From: an uncultured Acidimicrobiia bacterium
GTDB lineage: Bacteria > Acidobacteriota > Terriglobia > Versatilivoradales > Versatilivoraceae
Direction of reading: 5' to 3'
Length of the DNA: 64,000 nt
Assembly: GCA_963786955.1 (NCBI GenBank)
Contig: CAWBAT010000004.1
Location: 320,001-384,000 of the forward strand
Made by a program: the position numbers and the translations under genes. Position 1 is the stretch's first letter, and each line of letters starts with the position of its first letter. Positions 62,835 to 64,000 of the stretch are shown here, in pieces. Under the pieces are notes generated by a model, which made no database searches, was not told the origin of the DNA, and saw only the letters and a program-made list of their open reading frames with translations.

Positions 62835-63018
62835 GAGTTACGAGAAATGAGATGCGGGATACGGGGTGCGGGGTTCGCGATACAGGATGCGTGAAACGAG
62901 ATACGAGATAATAGATGCAAAAGACCGTATAGAAAATACAGGTAGCCGTGCGCGTGTACCTGAAATCTTGCATCTCGCATCCTGCATCCCGCATCTAGTT
63001 TCTCGTGTCACGTATCTT
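62835..63018. repeat. Inverted heptamer array C
   Basis: About 12 GRGATRC-type units, a spacer, then about 8 GYATCYC-type units. Confidence 0.9.
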
Positions 63019-63594
63019 GCCTCCAGCATTGTCATTCTTTTCGCGTTCTGGCCCGTCTCTGCATTCGCGCATACGCAAAAAGGCCAGGTCGCTGGCTTCC
63101 TGACCGGCTTTCGTCACCCCATCTCGGGTCTGGACCACGTGCTGGCCATGGTCGCTGTGGGCCTTTGGGGCGCGCAGCTCGGCGCTCCCGCGGTGTGGCT
63201 ATTGCCGGTTGCGTTTCCTATGGTGATGGCGATGGGAGGAATGCTCGGGCTCATGGGCATGCCTTTACCCGGCATTGAATACGGGATTGCTGCCTCCGCT
63301 ATCTTACTCGGCTCCGCTGTGATGTTTGAGATCCGTCCCCCCCTGGTAGTGGCTGCTATAATGGTTGGATTTTTTGCCATCTTCCATGGGCACGCCCACG
63401 GCACCGAACTCCCACCCGGCCAAAGTGCTCTGCTCTATAGCATGGGTTTCGTCATTGCGACGGGTTGTTTGCACGCGGTGGGAATCGGTATCGGAGCGGT
63501 GCATCGATGGGTGTGGGGACAAAGATTACTGCGGCTTGCCGGTGCTCTAGTTGCGGTGGGTGGTGTCTTCTTCATGTGGAGAGCGTTCGCATGA
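62866..63594 (+). CDS. HupE/UreJ-family Ni/Co permease-like protein
   Basis: AFAH, GFRHPISGLDHVLAMVAVGLW, FHGHAHGTE, TGCLH; start obscured by repeats. Confidence 0.9.
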   Translation: MRGSRYRMRETRYEIIDAKDRIENTGSRARVPEILHLASCIPHLVSRVTYLASSIVILFAFWPVSAFAHTQKGQVAGFLTGFRHPISGLDHVLAMVAVGLWGAQLGAPAVWLLPVAFPMVMAMGGMLGLMGMPLPGIEYGIAASAILLGSAVMFEIRPPLVVAAIMVGFFAIFHGHAHGTELPPGQSALLYSMGFVIATGCLHAVGIGIGAVHRWVWGQRLLRLAGALVAVGGVFFMWRAFA

Positions 63595-64000
63595 AACGAT
63601 CTCGTGTCCCCGTTTTCTGCGCAGTCTTGTTGGCGTTCGCAATGTGTCCCCTCACGGCGGAAGCCCATCTGAATTCCACGGGCATGGGCCCGCTCTACGA
63701 CGGCCTCATGCACTTTTTGATGAGCCCGGAGGACTTCGTGCCAGCGCTGGCGTTAGCGCTCTTGGTGGGCCTGCGTGGGACGGCGTACGGACGGCGGGCA
63801 TTGTTCACGCTTCCAGCGGCGTGGCTGCTTGGCGGTCTTATTGGAACGTATGCATCCGCCAGGAGTAGCAATCCCTTTGTCTCGGCAGGATGGTTTCTGC
63901 TCCTAGGAGTGCTGCTTGCCTCGGACGCCAAGTTGTCGTTGCGGGCGATCACTGCATTGGCTGTCTTGCTCGGGGTCTACAATGGTTACCTCAACGGGAC
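63591..64000 (+). CDS. Third HupE/UreJ-like protein, partial at window end
   Basis: Translated by hand from the ATGA overlap: MKRSRVPVF...AEAHLNSTGMGPLYDGLMHFLMSPEDFVPALAL...YNGYLNG, open to the end. Confidence 0.75.
   Translation, partial: MKRSRVPVFCAVLLAFAMCPLTAEAHLNSTGMGPLYDGLMHFLMSPEDFVPALALALLVGLRGTAYGRRALFTLPAAWLLGGLIGTYASARSSNPFVSAGWFLLLGVLLASDAKLSLRAITALAVLLGVYNGYLNG

Noticed and set aside
61224-63018. Repeat arrays as a CRISPR array or DGR
   Set aside because: Tandem 7-mers without unique spacers; no cas gene, reverse transcriptase or template/variable repeat pair in the window

Overview
A 64 kb bacterial window, probably Acidobacteriota-like (inferred from gene content only). No rRNA, tRNA or CRISPR array was seen. 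Left part: Tat-exported GH78 and GH127-like hydrolases, an alpha-2-macroglobulin/pbpC pair split by an IS200-like HUH transposase with palindromic flanks, GT2, nitronate monooxygenase, TPR protein and PhyH dioxygenase. Centre (21.7-50.4 kb): an apparent two-tier regulatory system. A giant pseudokinase-AAA-GAF-sigma54 activator lies upstream of a sigma54 promoter with two palindromic UAS sites in front of STAS + ECF sigma. A shared GGA(A/T)T-N16/17-GGNAT motif precedes five transcription units: ZAS anti-sigma; an OlsB/OlsA-like-DinB-NRDE-DedA/ATP-grasp lipid operon; YHS-SDR-DoxX; aquaporin-GMC-VOC-(GH63); and receiver-PP2C. Next is a 6 kb sigma54/AhpD/hydrolase island bounded by 71 bp direct repeats. 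Right end: a DUF3604-PPIase-3x HupE/UreJ operon carrying inverted heptamer arrays and a four-helix-bundle gene. Six genes have single-base frameshifts, probably assembly errors. All family calls come from reading motifs by eye, not from database searches.
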